Source: Candidatus Latescibacterota bacterium (lineage in GTDB: Bacteria; Latescibacterota; UBA2968; GCA-2709665). From it: a DNA stretch of 64,000 nucleotides. Location: assembly GCA_965237675.1 (NCBI GenBank), contig OZ250150.1, forward strand, positions 2,112,001 to 2,176,000. The letters are read 5' to 3'. The position numbers were made by a program, and so were the translations under genes. The notes below the pieces were generated by a model, which saw only the letters and a program-made list of their open reading frames with translations, made no database searches and was not told where the DNA came from. Shown here piece after piece: positions 10,079-20,275 of this stretch; within the stretch, counting starts at the first letter, position 1, and each line of letters begins with the position of its first letter.

Positions 10079-11593
10079 TTATTTCCCCCAGTCCGGTAAC
10101 CCCGTCGACTCAATTCCCAGAGCCGAACCGCCCAGCGCGTATATGGCGCCGACGACGATCGCGACCCCCGTAAGATTCAATATCAACCCCACGCGGACCA
10201 TGTCCGTCATTCGCACCCGATCCGTCCCGAACACGATCGCATTCGGCGGCGTTGCCACCGGCAGCATGAACGCAAACGAACAGGAGAGTGTCCCCGGAAT
10301 CATCAACAGAAGCGGATCCACCTGAATCGCGACACCCAGCGCCGCCAGGATGGGGAGGAACATCTCGGCAGTGGCGGTATTCGACGTCAACTCGGTCAAG
10401 AACGTAATCATCAGGCAGAGGATGGCCACCAGCAACATGGGATGGAGCGCACTGAGCCCCGCCAGGCGATGCCCGAACCACATTGACAAGCCCGAGTCCT
10501 TGAACCCGGTAGCCAGCGCGAAGCCTCCTCCAAATAGCAGCACGATGTGCCACGGCAGTTTCGACACCGTCTTCCGGTCCAGGATCTTTTCCGCGGAATC
10601 GCTCCGCGCGGGAATAAGAAAAAGCAGAAGCGCCATTCCCATTGCGACGGTCCCGTCATTCAGAAACGAACCACTGGGAAACAGCCCCGACCACCCCGGG
10701 ATTACCGCGTCGCCGATCCGGATCTCATTCCGGAACAGCCAGAGAAGCGCCAGCAGCACAAAGTCGGCCAGGACCACAGCTTCCTCGTAAGAGAGCGGTC
10801 CCAGCGCTCTGTATTGATCCCGTAGAACACTTTGATCGAACGTCTTCGCATGCCGGCCGCCGGCATGCAGGTAACTCAACAGCAGCCACGCCACAATCAG
10901 GAACAGCACGGAAATTGGAAATGCAAAAACAAACCAGCCTGCAAACGAGATCTCCGGCGCATCGGGGAACTGAATATTCAGAATCCGGGCGAACGAGAGA
11001 TTCGGCGGCGTGCCCACCAGTGTTGCCACGCCACCGATGGATGCGCTGTATGCCACACCGAGAAACAGACCGGTGGCAAACCGTCCCCGCGCCTCGCCCT
11101 CCTCCAGCTTCAACACCACCGCCAGCACGATCGGCACCATCATCATTGTGGTCGCCGTATTGGAGATCCACATCGATAAAAACGCAGTAGACACCATGAA
11201 TCCCAGCAGAATACGCCTTGGGCGAACACCGCACCAGAGCAACACGCGCAATGCGATCCGCCGATGCAGATTCCAACGCTGCATGGCCAGGGCAACCATA
11301 AATCCGCCGATGAACAGAAAGATAACGTGGTTGAAATAGATGGGGGCGACCTTCTTGCCGTCCATGATCCCCAGCAATGGAAACAACACGACCGGGAGCA
11401 GCGCCGTCGCCGCGAGCGGCACTGCTTCCGTCATCCACCACACGGCCATAAGCAAGGCCACCGCCGCCGTCCGGGTCACGGCCGGCCGTCCTGGCTCCAG
11501 ATCAAAGAATACAAGCAACGCGAACGCCAGAACGGGTCCCGCGATCAGTCCGATTCTTTGTATCCTCGCGCCGGATGTTTTCTTCATATGCAT
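10079..11593 (-). CDS. SLC13/DASS sodium:dicarboxylate/sulfate symporter
   Basis: SMWISNTAT, GTPPN, TELTSNTAT and PVATPPNA motifs; many TM helices. Confidence 0.92.
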   Translation of the reverse strand: MHMKKTSGARIQRIGLIAGPVLAFALLVFFDLEPGRPAVTRTAAVALLMAVWWMTEAVPLAATALLPVVLFPLLGIMDGKKVAPIYFNHVIFLFIGGFMVALAMQRWNLHRRIALRVLLWCGVRPRRILLGFMVSTAFLSMWISNTATTMMMVPIVLAVVLKLEEGEARGRFATGLFLGVAYSASIGGVATLVGTPPNLSFARILNIQFPDAPEISFAGWFVFAFPISVLFLIVAWLLLSYLHAGGRHAKTFDQSVLRDQYRALGPLSYEEAVVLADFVLLALLWLFRNEIRIGDAVIPGWSGLFPSGSFLNDGTVAMGMALLLFLIPARSDSAEKILDRKTVSKLPWHIVLLFGGGFALATGFKDSGLSMWFGHRLAGLSALHPMLLVAILCLMITFLTELTSNTATAEMFLPILAALGVAIQVDPLLLMIPGTLSCSFAFMLPVATPPNAIVFGTDRVRMTDMVRVGLILNLTGVAIVVGAIYALGGSALGIESTGLPDWGK

Positions 11594-11673
11594 CTCCGCA
11601 CCTCCGATTGTCTGCGATTCGCCAACCACTTAAGATATGCCCGCCCCGCTTGCGAAAAAGCGTAAAATGCCCA

Positions 11674-11702
11674 TTGACAACCTGCCAGCCATATCCTACA
11701 TT
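11674..11702 (+). promoter_or_regulatory. Sigma70-like promoter for the Gfo/Idh/MocA pair
   Basis: TTGACA-17 bp-TACATT. Confidence 0.5.
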
Positions 11703-11795
11703 TCCTCCTGCTCGAATTCTCTTTTTTTGCGGTCCTGCCTCGGGGTCAAACAACCCGGAGCGTCAGCCGGGGTTTCGCGAACACGGAGGCGATGA

Positions 11796-12869
11796 ATGAA
11801 AAACGGGAAATTCGGTTTCGGCATCATTGGCTGCGGCGTGATCGCGCCGACCCACCGCATGGCCATTGACGCCTGCGACGAGGCCGAACTGGTGGCGGTC
11901 TGCGACACCGACGAAAGTCAGATCCGGTCATTTCTTGCCGGCGTTAATGGCGGCGAAACGAACATTCGTGCGTATTCAGACCATAGAGAACTGGTTCAGG
12001 ACGGAAAGGTCAACATCGTCAGCGTCTGCACGCCCTCCGGCGTGCACCATGAAGGCGTGACTGCGGCGGCAAGGGCCGGCAAGCACGCCCTGTGCGAGAA
12101 GCCCCTCGAGATCGACGCCGGTCGCATGACCGAAATGACAGCGGCATGTCGCGAAGCGGGGGTGAAACTCGGCTGCGTGTTCCAAAGCCGCACCAGTCCG
12201 GACATGATCAGAGCCCGCAAAGCCATTCAGGACGGCCTGCTGGGTCAAATGGTTCTGGCCGACGCCTATCTCAAAGACTACCGCTCCCAGGCCTATTACC
12301 GGAGCGCCGGATGGCGCGGCACCTGGGCGCTGGACGGCGGCGGCGCCCTCATGAACCAGGGCGTACACGGCGTGGACCTTCTCCTATGGCTCATGGGCAG
12401 CCTTGTCGACTCCGTGTTCGCGCGCGCCGAACATAAGGTGCGCGACATCGAAGTGGAAGACACGGCGGTGGCCAATCTGAAATTCAAGAACGGCGCGTTC
12501 GGTGCGCTCATCGGCACCACCTCGTGCAACCCCGGCGAAGCTCGTCGCATCGAGTTGCACGGAAAACGGGGTACCATCACCGTAAGCGGCAGTTCGATCT
12601 CCCGCTGGGCGAACACCCTCGAAGAAGACGGACGCGCCGAAGACAGCGAACCACCGAGAGAAATCGAAATCCAGGGCGCGGTGGCCGATCCCAAAGCCAT
12701 TGGCAGCGCCGGCCACGTATTCCTCGTGAATGACCTCATCCGGGCTATCCAGGAAGACCGCGACCCTTACGTGACCGGCGAATCCGCCCGAGGCGCCATA
12801 GACCTCATTCTGGCGATCTACGAATCCGCCCGATCGGGCAGGGAAGTCGAGGTCCGGCACGACGGCTGA
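11796..12869 (+). CDS. Gfo/Idh/MocA oxidoreductase
   Basis: GIIGCGVI, CTPSGVH, CEKP, GGGALMNQGVHGVD. Confidence 0.92.
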   Translation: MKNGKFGFGIIGCGVIAPTHRMAIDACDEAELVAVCDTDESQIRSFLAGVNGGETNIRAYSDHRELVQDGKVNIVSVCTPSGVHHEGVTAAARAGKHALCEKPLEIDAGRMTEMTAACREAGVKLGCVFQSRTSPDMIRARKAIQDGLLGQMVLADAYLKDYRSQAYYRSAGWRGTWALDGGGALMNQGVHGVDLLLWLMGSLVDSVFARAEHKVRDIEVEDTAVANLKFKNGAFGALIGTTSCNPGEARRIELHGKRGTITVSGSSISRWANTLEEDGRAEDSEPPREIEIQGAVADPKAIGSAGHVFLVNDLIRAIQEDRDPYVTGESARGAIDLILAIYESARSGREVEVRHDG

Positions 12870-12930
12870 ACCCATCCGATCCAGGCGCGGTCTGCCGCGC
12901 TCCAACCCCCGAAAAGGAACCAGGCACCCA

Positions 12931-13989
12931 ATGGCCAAAAACAATAAACTCGGATGGGGCATTATTGGCGCCGGTATGATCGCGGGTCATTTCCGGTCTG
13001 GAATCGAAGCCTGCCCCGACGCGGAACTGGTTGCCGTCTGCAATTACAACGAAGATAAGGGAAGGAAATTCGCGGCCGAGTCCGGCGGCATCAAATATTA
13101 CAAGAACTATCAGGACCTGGTCTCGGATCCGGACGTGCACATCGCCGGTATCTGCACCCCTTCCGGCATGCACGCTGACAACGTGATTGCGGCTGCTCGG
13201 GCCGGCGTGCATTCCCTAAGTGAGAAACCGCTGGATGTCACGCGGGAGAAAATGGACCTGATGATCGATGCATGCCGCGATGCCGGCGTCAAACTCGGCT
13301 GCATTTTCCAGAGCCGGACCAGTGATGAGGCCATCAAAGCGCGGAACGCCATCAAGAACGGCGATCTGGGGAAAGTGGTGCTGGCAGACGCCCTGATGAA
13401 GAACTACCGCCCCCAAGCGTACTATAACAGCGCCGGCTGGCGCGGCACGTGGAAGGACGACGGCGGCGGCGCGCTGATGAACCAGGGCGTGCACGGCGTG
13501 GACCTCCTGCTGTGGCTGATCGACGACGACGTCGAGTCCGTGTTCGCGCGCGCAGAACACAAGGTGCGCGACATCGAAGTGGAAGACACCGCCGTCGCCA
13601 CGATCAAATACAAGAGCGGAGCTTTCGGAACGCTCATCGGCACCACGTCCTGCAACCCCGGCGAGGCGTCTCGGATTGAACTTCACGGTGAATCCGGGAC
13701 CATCACCATGAGCGGCACCCAGATCACCCGCTGGGCCACCACCACCGAGGAAGACGGACGCGCCGTCGACGCATTTCCCCCACGGCAAATCGCTGCGGCC
13801 GGAAACGTGGGCGCCGCCAGCGCCGTCGCGCCCGGCCACGGCTGGCTCGTGAACGACATCACCCGCGCCGTATTGGAAGACCGCGACCCCTATATCCCGG
13901 GCGAGTCCGCCCGGAAGTCCGTGGACCTGATCCTGGCCATCTACGAATCCGCCCGGATCGGGCGGGAGATCGTAATGGATGCGTGGTAG
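12931..13989 (+). CDS. Gfo/Idh/MocA oxidoreductase (tandem paralog)
   Basis: GIIGAGMI, SEKP, GGGALMNQGVHGVD; long stretches nearly identical to the upstream gene. Confidence 0.92.
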   Translation: MAKNNKLGWGIIGAGMIAGHFRSGIEACPDAELVAVCNYNEDKGRKFAAESGGIKYYKNYQDLVSDPDVHIAGICTPSGMHADNVIAAARAGVHSLSEKPLDVTREKMDLMIDACRDAGVKLGCIFQSRTSDEAIKARNAIKNGDLGKVVLADALMKNYRPQAYYNSAGWRGTWKDDGGGALMNQGVHGVDLLLWLIDDDVESVFARAEHKVRDIEVEDTAVATIKYKSGAFGTLIGTTSCNPGEASRIELHGESGTITMSGTQITRWATTTEEDGRAVDAFPPRQIAAAGNVGAASAVAPGHGWLVNDITRAVLEDRDPYIPGESARKSVDLILAIYESARIGREIVMDAW

Positions 13990-14063
13990 GCCGCACGGGT
14001 TGGGAACGACGGGGACCCGGCCCGACGGTATCCGGTCGGGCGCCGAAATTGTTACGGAAGTCT

Positions 14064-14109
14064 AAAAAGAAACAGCCGGTTGCGATACCAGGGACCGGCT
14101 GTTCCTTTT
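14064..14109. terminator. Probable bidirectional intrinsic terminator
   Basis: AACAGCCGGT/ACCGGCTGTT stem flanked by A- and T-tracts between convergent genes. Confidence 0.7.
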
Positions 14110-14132
14110 GTTGTGCCTGATGTCCGGCGTCT

Positions 14133-15206
14133 TCAAGCGCCGCAATCTTCCACGGTCACGACCCTTCCCCTTTCCGCGGAGGCATAAATTGCTTCCACCA
14201 CCTCCACGGCCCTCAGCCCGTCCATTCCCGTGATTCCGGGAGGTTTCCCTTCCAGAATGGCCTCGACTGTCTCACTCAGATACACCCGGCCGGAAGCACC
14301 GCCGTAACCGTCCGCCGCCTGAGACGCGATCCGAAGCGTCGTCTCGGGCCCACCCGCGAAATCGGGATGGTCGCTCACCACAAAGATTTCGTCCGCGGTT
14401 CCTCCCCAGGCCGGACTCCACGACGCCGTACCCAGTGTGCCCCGAAGGCCAATGAAAAGATCCCTGCCGGCGGGATAGGCTTTCGGTACGGAATAACTGA
14501 TATCCAGGGTCGCTGTCGCCCCGTTCCTGAATTTGACGATTCCGAAACTATTGTCCTCGATATCCAGGTGATGTTGCAGGTGGCTCACCATGCCGGTCGC
14601 CTGCCGGACCTCGTCCTTCAAGAACCACCGAAACAGATCGATCCAGTGCGTTCCCAAATTGTGCATCGGGCCGCCGCCCGCAATCGCCTTGCGATTCAGC
14701 CAGGGTGAAATCCCGTTTTCCAGGTAACGCCGGGGTGAGCCCGCCGCACATCGCCCCTCCAGCGCGATGATCTGACCCAGCATGCCCCGATCGACGAGTT
14801 CCTTGATCTTCCGGGCGGCCGGATGCGCGCGCCAGCAGTAGGGTGAAGACAGCGCCACCCCCGCCGCTCCCGCCGCCGCGATCATCCGCCGGATACCCGC
14901 CGACGTATTCGCCATCGGCTTCTCGACAATGACGTGCTTGCCTGCCGCCGCCGACTGTTCCACCGCCTCCGGGCACTGCGAATGGGGCAGCAGGATCACC
15001 ACCAGGCCAATGTCTTCCCGCGCCAGGAGCGCGTTGTAATCCTCGTATCCGTCAATCCCGGTCTGTCCGCACACCTGTTTCAGATAGTCCGGATCCGCCT
15101 CCGCAACGGCCCGCACCTCCGTCTGGACGATGGCCTCAAAATGCGGCAGATAATCCAGGGAATGAAGATGATGGAATCCGATGATCCCAACCCCGAGCCT
15201 CTTCAT
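14133..15206 (-). CDS. Gfo/Idh/MocA oxidoreductase
   Basis: VGIIGF, HVIVEKP, GGGPMHNLGTHWID. Confidence 0.88.
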   Translation of the reverse strand: MKRLGVGIIGFHHLHSLDYLPHFEAIVQTEVRAVAEADPDYLKQVCGQTGIDGYEDYNALLAREDIGLVVILLPHSQCPEAVEQSAAAGKHVIVEKPMANTSAGIRRMIAAAGAAGVALSSPYCWRAHPAARKIKELVDRGMLGQIIALEGRCAAGSPRRYLENGISPWLNRKAIAGGGPMHNLGTHWIDLFRWFLKDEVRQATGMVSHLQHHLDIEDNSFGIVKFRNGATATLDISYSVPKAYPAGRDLFIGLRGTLGTASWSPAWGGTADEIFVVSDHPDFAGGPETTLRIASQAADGYGGASGRVYLSETVEAILEGKPPGITGMDGLRAVEVVEAIYASAERGRVVTVEDCGA

Positions 15207-15269
15207 CGAATTGCATTCTCCGTTTCGGCCGGACACGTCTTTCTGGCCGCGTGGTCCGGCAATGTGCGT

Positions 15270-16538
15270 TTATCCACACCAATCCACAATCGCCCGCGCG
15301 AGTACCTCGGCCCCGGCAGCCAGGCTCTGCACGGGGATCTGCTCCTGGCTGGAGTGGGCTACGCCCAGCGTTCCCGCGCCAATCACCACCGCGGGGACAC
15401 CGATCAGATTCGAATAGAACCACGCATCGCACGAGGCCGGCATCGCGGCGATCTCCGTGGCCTGTCCGCTTGCCCGGCAGGCCCGTTGCAGCGTCCCCAC
15501 GATCGGATGGTCCGGAGACACTTCGTTGCAATCGTGCCGGTACATGAATTCGATATCGAAATGGTCCGGAAGCCAGTCTCCTCCCTCCGTTCTCAGCGCC
15601 TCCTCCATCTCGCGCATCACCTCTTCTTTGGTCCGGGTCGGAAGGAATCCCAGAACCCCCTTGAATGTCGCCTTTCTGGGCGCCATCGCCGGCCAATCAC
15701 CCGCCTCCAGCGTTCCGAACGTAATTGGCATCGGGTTCTCGTACGCATCGTAGAGCGGGTGTCCTTTGGATTCCGCCAGCAACCTCCCGTGATACCCCTC
15801 CAGAATCTCAATTGCCCGCATGGCCTCCTTCAGCGCGCTCACGGTGCGCCCCGCCTGCCCGCTGTGGCCCGCCCTACCGTAGACGTTTACCGTGAACCAT
15901 ACTGCGCCGCGGATCGAAGGAAGGATCTTCAATTCGGACGGCTCCAGAACAAGGGCCGCATCGGCCCGATCCTCGCCGCGTACGAACGCCAGCGTTCCGT
16001 TGCCGCCGCACTCCTCCTCTATCACCAGGTGCCCGATCAGATCCCCTTTCAGTTCAATCCCCATCTCCCTCAGGGCGGCAAGCGCCAGGTAAAACATGGC
16101 CGCCTGTCCCTTACAATCGCACGCCCCGCGGCCGAACACGATCCCGTCTTCCCGGCGCCCCTCGAACGGCTGATCCTGGTCCGAGGAAGCCGGCACAACG
16201 TCCAGGTGGGTATTCACAATCAACGACCGTCCGCCGCCATTGCCATTCCTGACCACCCTCAAATTCGGCCGGCCGGCATAGCTGAAATCCGGTAGTTTGA
16301 AGGAATAATCGGGATCCTCCTGAATCCCGTCCGCAACCGGCACCAGTTCGCGCTCGTCCACCACCCCTGCCATTCGCTCGTGCAACATGCGCATCGCCGG
16401 TCCTTCGTCCCCGCGCACGGACGGGATGCGGATCAGATCGCGGAGCAGCCCGACCGCATCTTCCTTATGAGTCTCGATTGCCGCTTTCAATAACCGATCA
16501 TCCAACAAGCGCACTCCCCGGACCCGGCGCGCCAACAT
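15270..16538 (-). CDS. M20 metallopeptidase, ArgE/DapE-like deacylase (start may be ~16508-16514)
   Basis: NTHLDVVP, GRGACDCKG, EEECGGNG, EP, AHSSQE metal-binding motifs. Confidence 0.88.
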   Translation of the reverse strand: MLARRVRGVRLLDDRLLKAAIETHKEDAVGLLRDLIRIPSVRGDEGPAMRMLHERMAGVVDERELVPVADGIQEDPDYSFKLPDFSYAGRPNLRVVRNGNGGGRSLIVNTHLDVVPASSDQDQPFEGRREDGIVFGRGACDCKGQAAMFYLALAALREMGIELKGDLIGHLVIEEECGGNGTLAFVRGEDRADAALVLEPSELKILPSIRGAVWFTVNVYGRAGHSGQAGRTVSALKEAMRAIEILEGYHGRLLAESKGHPLYDAYENPMPITFGTLEAGDWPAMAPRKATFKGVLGFLPTRTKEEVMREMEEALRTEGGDWLPDHFDIEFMYRHDCNEVSPDHPIVGTLQRACRASGQATEIAAMPASCDAWFYSNLIGVPAVVIGAGTLGVAHSSQEQIPVQSLAAGAEVLARAIVDWCG

Positions 16539-16608
16539 GCCTTTTCCGGGTCCTTCATTGCCGGACCGTCAGGTAGACCGCCCCGGTCGTGGATTCACAG
16601 CTGCCCGA

Positions 16609-17946
16609 TTAAGCGCAAAGTTCCTCCAACGCGCGGTCGAGGATGTCGATGCCCGTCCCCGCCTCCTCCTCCCCAATCAACAGCGGAGGCGCGACCCGGA
16701 CGACATTCCCGTATAACCCGACCTTACCGAGCAGAAGACCGTACTCCCCAGCCCTCAGCAGCAGATCCGACGTCAGTTCCGGCGCGGGTGTCTTGTCCTC
16801 GCGGTCCAGAACGAACTCGAGGCCGATCACCAGACCCTGCCCCCGCACGTCGCCCAGAACCTCATATTTGGCCTGTAGCGCCTGAAACCGCGCCATCATA
16901 TAGTCGCCCACTCTTTGAGCGTTCTCCGGCAGTCTCTCGTCTTCCATCACGTCCAGTACCGTGTGAGATGCAGCGCTGGCCAGCGGATTGCCCCCACAGG
17001 TGCTGGACATCTCACCGACCCCCATGCACTCGAAAATCCGGCTCTCGCCGGCCAACGCGGAAGCGGGCATCCCACTGCCGATACCCTTGCCGAGGCAGAC
17101 CATATTCGGTTGCAGGTCCTCCCACTCCAGCGCGAACAACTTTCCCGTGCGTCCGAACGACGATTGCACCTCGTCCAGAATGAAGACCATCCCCCGGTCC
17201 CGGGCCCATTTCTCCAGTCCTTTAAGCCAACCGGCAGGCGGAAAAATGAAACCCGCGCCCCCCTGGTAGGGCTCGGTGATCACCGAGCCGACGTCGCCCG
17301 TGGACGTGGAATCGATAATCCGATCCAGGTTTTCGAGACATCGCTGTGCGCATTCCTCTTCGGTTTCGCTATCGTAAAAATCCCGATAAAAGTAGGGAAA
17401 CGGCGCCAGAATTCCGCCGGGTAACTGCGGGCCGAACCCGCGCTTTGTCTTCATACTCCCGGCCACGCTCATCGGGCCGTACGTGCGCCCATGAAATCCC
17501 CCATAGAATGACAATACCTCGTGCTTGCCCGTGAACCGCTTGGCAATGCGGATGGCCGCTTCCGTCGCCTCGGCCCCCGTCGTCAGCAAGAACGTCTGAT
17601 CGATATTTTCAGGCAGCAGATCGGTCAGGCGTTGTGACAGCGTCACCCGTTCCGGCGTCGGGAACGAATAACAATTCATCAGCCGTCCGGCCTGTTTCCG
17701 GATGCTTTCGACGTGGCGGGGGTGGGAATGTCCCAAATTGGTCACCAGCACTCCGGAGGTGAAGTCCAGAAACCGGTTGCCGTCCACATCCCATACCCAC
17801 ACGCCCTCGCCATGGTCCCACACCACCGGCACCTGATCGGCCATGCACGGCGGCTCGTATTGACTGGAAACCGCCAGCAACTCCGCAGACCTGGGTCCCG
17901 GAATCTTCCGTCTCTCCAGCGTGATTGCGTTCGCCACCTGTGCCAT
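16609..17946 (-). CDS. Class III aminotransferase (GabT/ArgD-like)
   Basis: DFTSGVLV, TGAEATE, FHGRT, EPYQG, DEVQSSFGRTG, GKGIG (PLP Lys). Confidence 0.9.
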   Translation of the reverse strand: MAQVANAITLERRKIPGPRSAELLAVSSQYEPPCMADQVPVVWDHGEGVWVWDVDGNRFLDFTSGVLVTNLGHSHPRHVESIRKQAGRLMNCYSFPTPERVTLSQRLTDLLPENIDQTFLLTTGAEATEAAIRIAKRFTGKHEVLSFYGGFHGRTYGPMSVAGSMKTKRGFGPQLPGGILAPFPYFYRDFYDSETEEECAQRCLENLDRIIDSTSTGDVGSVITEPYQGGAGFIFPPAGWLKGLEKWARDRGMVFILDEVQSSFGRTGKLFALEWEDLQPNMVCLGKGIGSGMPASALAGESRIFECMGVGEMSSTCGGNPLASAASHTVLDVMEDERLPENAQRVGDYMMARFQALQAKYEVLGDVRGQGLVIGLEFVLDREDKTPAPELTSDLLLRAGEYGLLLGKVGLYGNVVRVAPPLLIGEEEAGTGIDILDRALEELCA

Positions 17947-17981
17947 CTCAGATCCCCCGGCAGGTTGATTCGCGCATTCGC

Positions 17982-18971
17982 CTACACCAGTTCCTTGTTG
18001 ATCAGGAACCGCGGCGGCCGCCCCTCGATAAAACGCACAAAATCCTCCATTACCTTCTCCCGCATGCTCCAGTTCGCCTCTTCGGAATACCACGCCAGAT
18101 GCGGCGCAAGGAGGGCATTCTCCAGATTGAACAGATCCATGTCCGGATCGGGCGGCTCCTGCTCGTACACGTCGATGGCGGCACCGGCGATCCAACCCTC
18201 CTTCAGCGCCCTGCCCAGCGCATCCGCGTCCACCAGACCGCCCCGCGCCGTATTCACCAGATACGCGAGGGATTTCATCGCCCTGAGTTCCTTTTCGCCG
18301 ATGAGATGATACGTCTCTTCGTGGAGCGATGCGTGAATCGTGATCATATCCGCTTCTTTCAGCAGCGTGTCCAGATCCACCACCTGCACGCCCAGTTCCT
18401 TCTGCCGCTCTTCTGAAAGGTACGGATCGCAGACCAGGACATTCACTTCAAAACCGGCCAGTTTCCGCAACGTCAGGCTGCCGATGCGGCCACATCCGAT
18501 AATGCCCACGGTCTTCCCCTTCACGGAATACACGGGGTACACCTCGGCGAAATCCCAGATCCCGTTGCGGCTCGACGCCTCGAGAATCTTCCGGCCCACA
18601 TTCAGCTTCCGCCAGCCGGACAGCATCAACGTAATGGCGTGTTCCGCCACCTCATCCGAACAATAGTCCGGCTCGTAGGCGACCCGGATGCCCTTTGCCG
18701 TCGCCGCCGCCACGTCCACGTTGTCGTATCCGACGCCGTGCCGCAGAATCAGCTTGCACCTGTCCAGCTGATCGATAACGCCGGAGGTCATCTTCACCAT
18801 ATTCACCAGTATCATATCCGCGTCGCCGATCTTGGCGACCAGTTCGTCCTCCGACGTGAACTTGAGCTGATGATATTCAAACGTGACATGCCCGTATTTT
18901 TCGAGCTCCTCCTCTTCCCATTTCAGGTCGGGTTCGATATAATCCGTCACCACAATCTTGACCGGCTCCAT
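17982..18971 (-). CDS. D-isomer 2-hydroxyacid dehydrogenase (CtBP-like)
   Basis: GVGYDNVD, GCGRIG, NTARG, DVYEQEP, PHLAWYS. Confidence 0.9.
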   Translation of the reverse strand: MEPVKIVVTDYIEPDLKWEEEELEKYGHVTFEYHQLKFTSEDELVAKIGDADMILVNMVKMTSGVIDQLDRCKLILRHGVGYDNVDVAAATAKGIRVAYEPDYCSDEVAEHAITLMLSGWRKLNVGRKILEASSRNGIWDFAEVYPVYSVKGKTVGIIGCGRIGSLTLRKLAGFEVNVLVCDPYLSEERQKELGVQVVDLDTLLKEADMITIHASLHEETYHLIGEKELRAMKSLAYLVNTARGGLVDADALGRALKEGWIAGAAIDVYEQEPPDPDMDLFNLENALLAPHLAWYSEEANWSMREKVMEDFVRFIEGRPPRFLINKELV

Positions 18972-19001
18972 AGAACGCTCCTCAAAATAGAAAATCCGGG
19001 T

Positions 19002-20045
19002 TCAACCGTTGAATGGCAGCGCCACGGGGTTGCCCGTCCTCGCCGATTCATAAATCGCCAGGATGATTTCGATGGCCCGCTTCGACTCCGGGCCATCGAT
19101 CTTCGGCTCGCCGCCACCATTCAGAATGCGCACCATCTCCGCGATCTGCGCCATGTGTCCTTCCGTGCCGAACGTCCTGGAATCCGATGCCGCCTTTGCC
19201 ACGTCGGTCGTGTCCGCCGTCGTCTCTTCCACGCCCTCGCCTTCGATATCCCACCTGGTAACCTGGTCCGCTTCCACCACAACCGTACCCCGGTCTCCGG
19301 AGAATTCCATCCGTGCCGGCAATCCGGGATACGCGGCTGAAGACGCTTCAATTACCCCCAGCGCCCCGCTCTCGTATTCCAGTGTGGCTACCACCGTATC
19401 TTCCACTTCGATATCGTGGATCAACGTGCCCATCCTGGCGTAGACGCGCTTTACCGGTCCCATAATCCACTGGAGCAGATCCACCGTGTGGCTGCCCTGC
19501 GTCATCAGTGCCCCACCGCCCTCCATCATCCAGTTGCCCCGCCAATCGTCCGCATCGTAATAGGCCTGGGGCCGGAACCACTTGATATAGGCATCGCCCA
19601 GCACCATCCTGCCGAGAACGCCCGAGCGAACCGCCGCCCGCACCCTGTTGACCGCCTCCCCGTACCGCAACTGGAAAACCCCCATCAGCTTCACCCCCGC
19701 GTTACCGGCCGCCTGAATGATGCGATCCATTTTCTGAATGGACACATCCAGCGGTTTCTCCACGATCAGATGCTTGCCCGCCGCCGCCGCATCCGTCACA
19801 ATGGGAATGCGGACGCCACTTGGGGTGCAGATGCAAACCACATCCACCCCAGGATGGCGGAGAATGGTTTCGTGATCCGTAAACCAGGGCACGCCGTGTG
19901 CCTCTCCTGTCGTCCGCGCGCGCGTTTCGCTTCGGCTGTATACCGCTACCAGTTCTGCGCCTTCGGTATCCTGCACCGCGCCGATGTGATAATCCGCCAC
20001 CACGCCGCACCCGATCATTGCGAAACCGATGGTCCGACCGCCCAT
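19002..20045 (-). CDS. Gfo/Idh/MocA oxidoreductase
   Basis: IGCGVV, CTPSG, VEKP, GGGALMTQGSHTVD. Confidence 0.9.
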   Translation of the reverse strand: MGGRTIGFAMIGCGVVADYHIGAVQDTEGAELVAVYSRSETRARTTGEAHGVPWFTDHETILRHPGVDVVCICTPSGVRIPIVTDAAAAGKHLIVEKPLDVSIQKMDRIIQAAGNAGVKLMGVFQLRYGEAVNRVRAAVRSGVLGRMVLGDAYIKWFRPQAYYDADDWRGNWMMEGGGALMTQGSHTVDLLQWIMGPVKRVYARMGTLIHDIEVEDTVVATLEYESGALGVIEASSAAYPGLPARMEFSGDRGTVVVEADQVTRWDIEGEGVEETTADTTDVAKAASDSRTFGTEGHMAQIAEMVRILNGGGEPKIDGPESKRAIEIILAIYESARTGNPVALPFNG

Positions 20046-20275
20046 AAACGAATCCTCCGGAGTTGTAGCCTCAATTGAATGGAAATGTCCACACCAACGG
20101 TGAGAACGCCAATGCGAGCCGGCACCGCCAATGCTTCCAGACCTTGCAGGAGGGCCGTGGACGTTGTACCTTGTTCGGGCCTTCCGCCCCCGGCCCTCAA
20201 TGGGCGCCTCTTCGGCTGTTGATGTCCTGAATTCGCGTTGCGCGAGACGCCTTCACCTACGGAGACCATGTCCAT

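Noticed and set aside
14934-16295. Long antisense ORFs (also 57048-58568, 58565-59761, 2156-3139, 63116-63928)
   Set aside because: Shadow frames opposite well-supported genes in high-GC DNA; no recognisable motifs.
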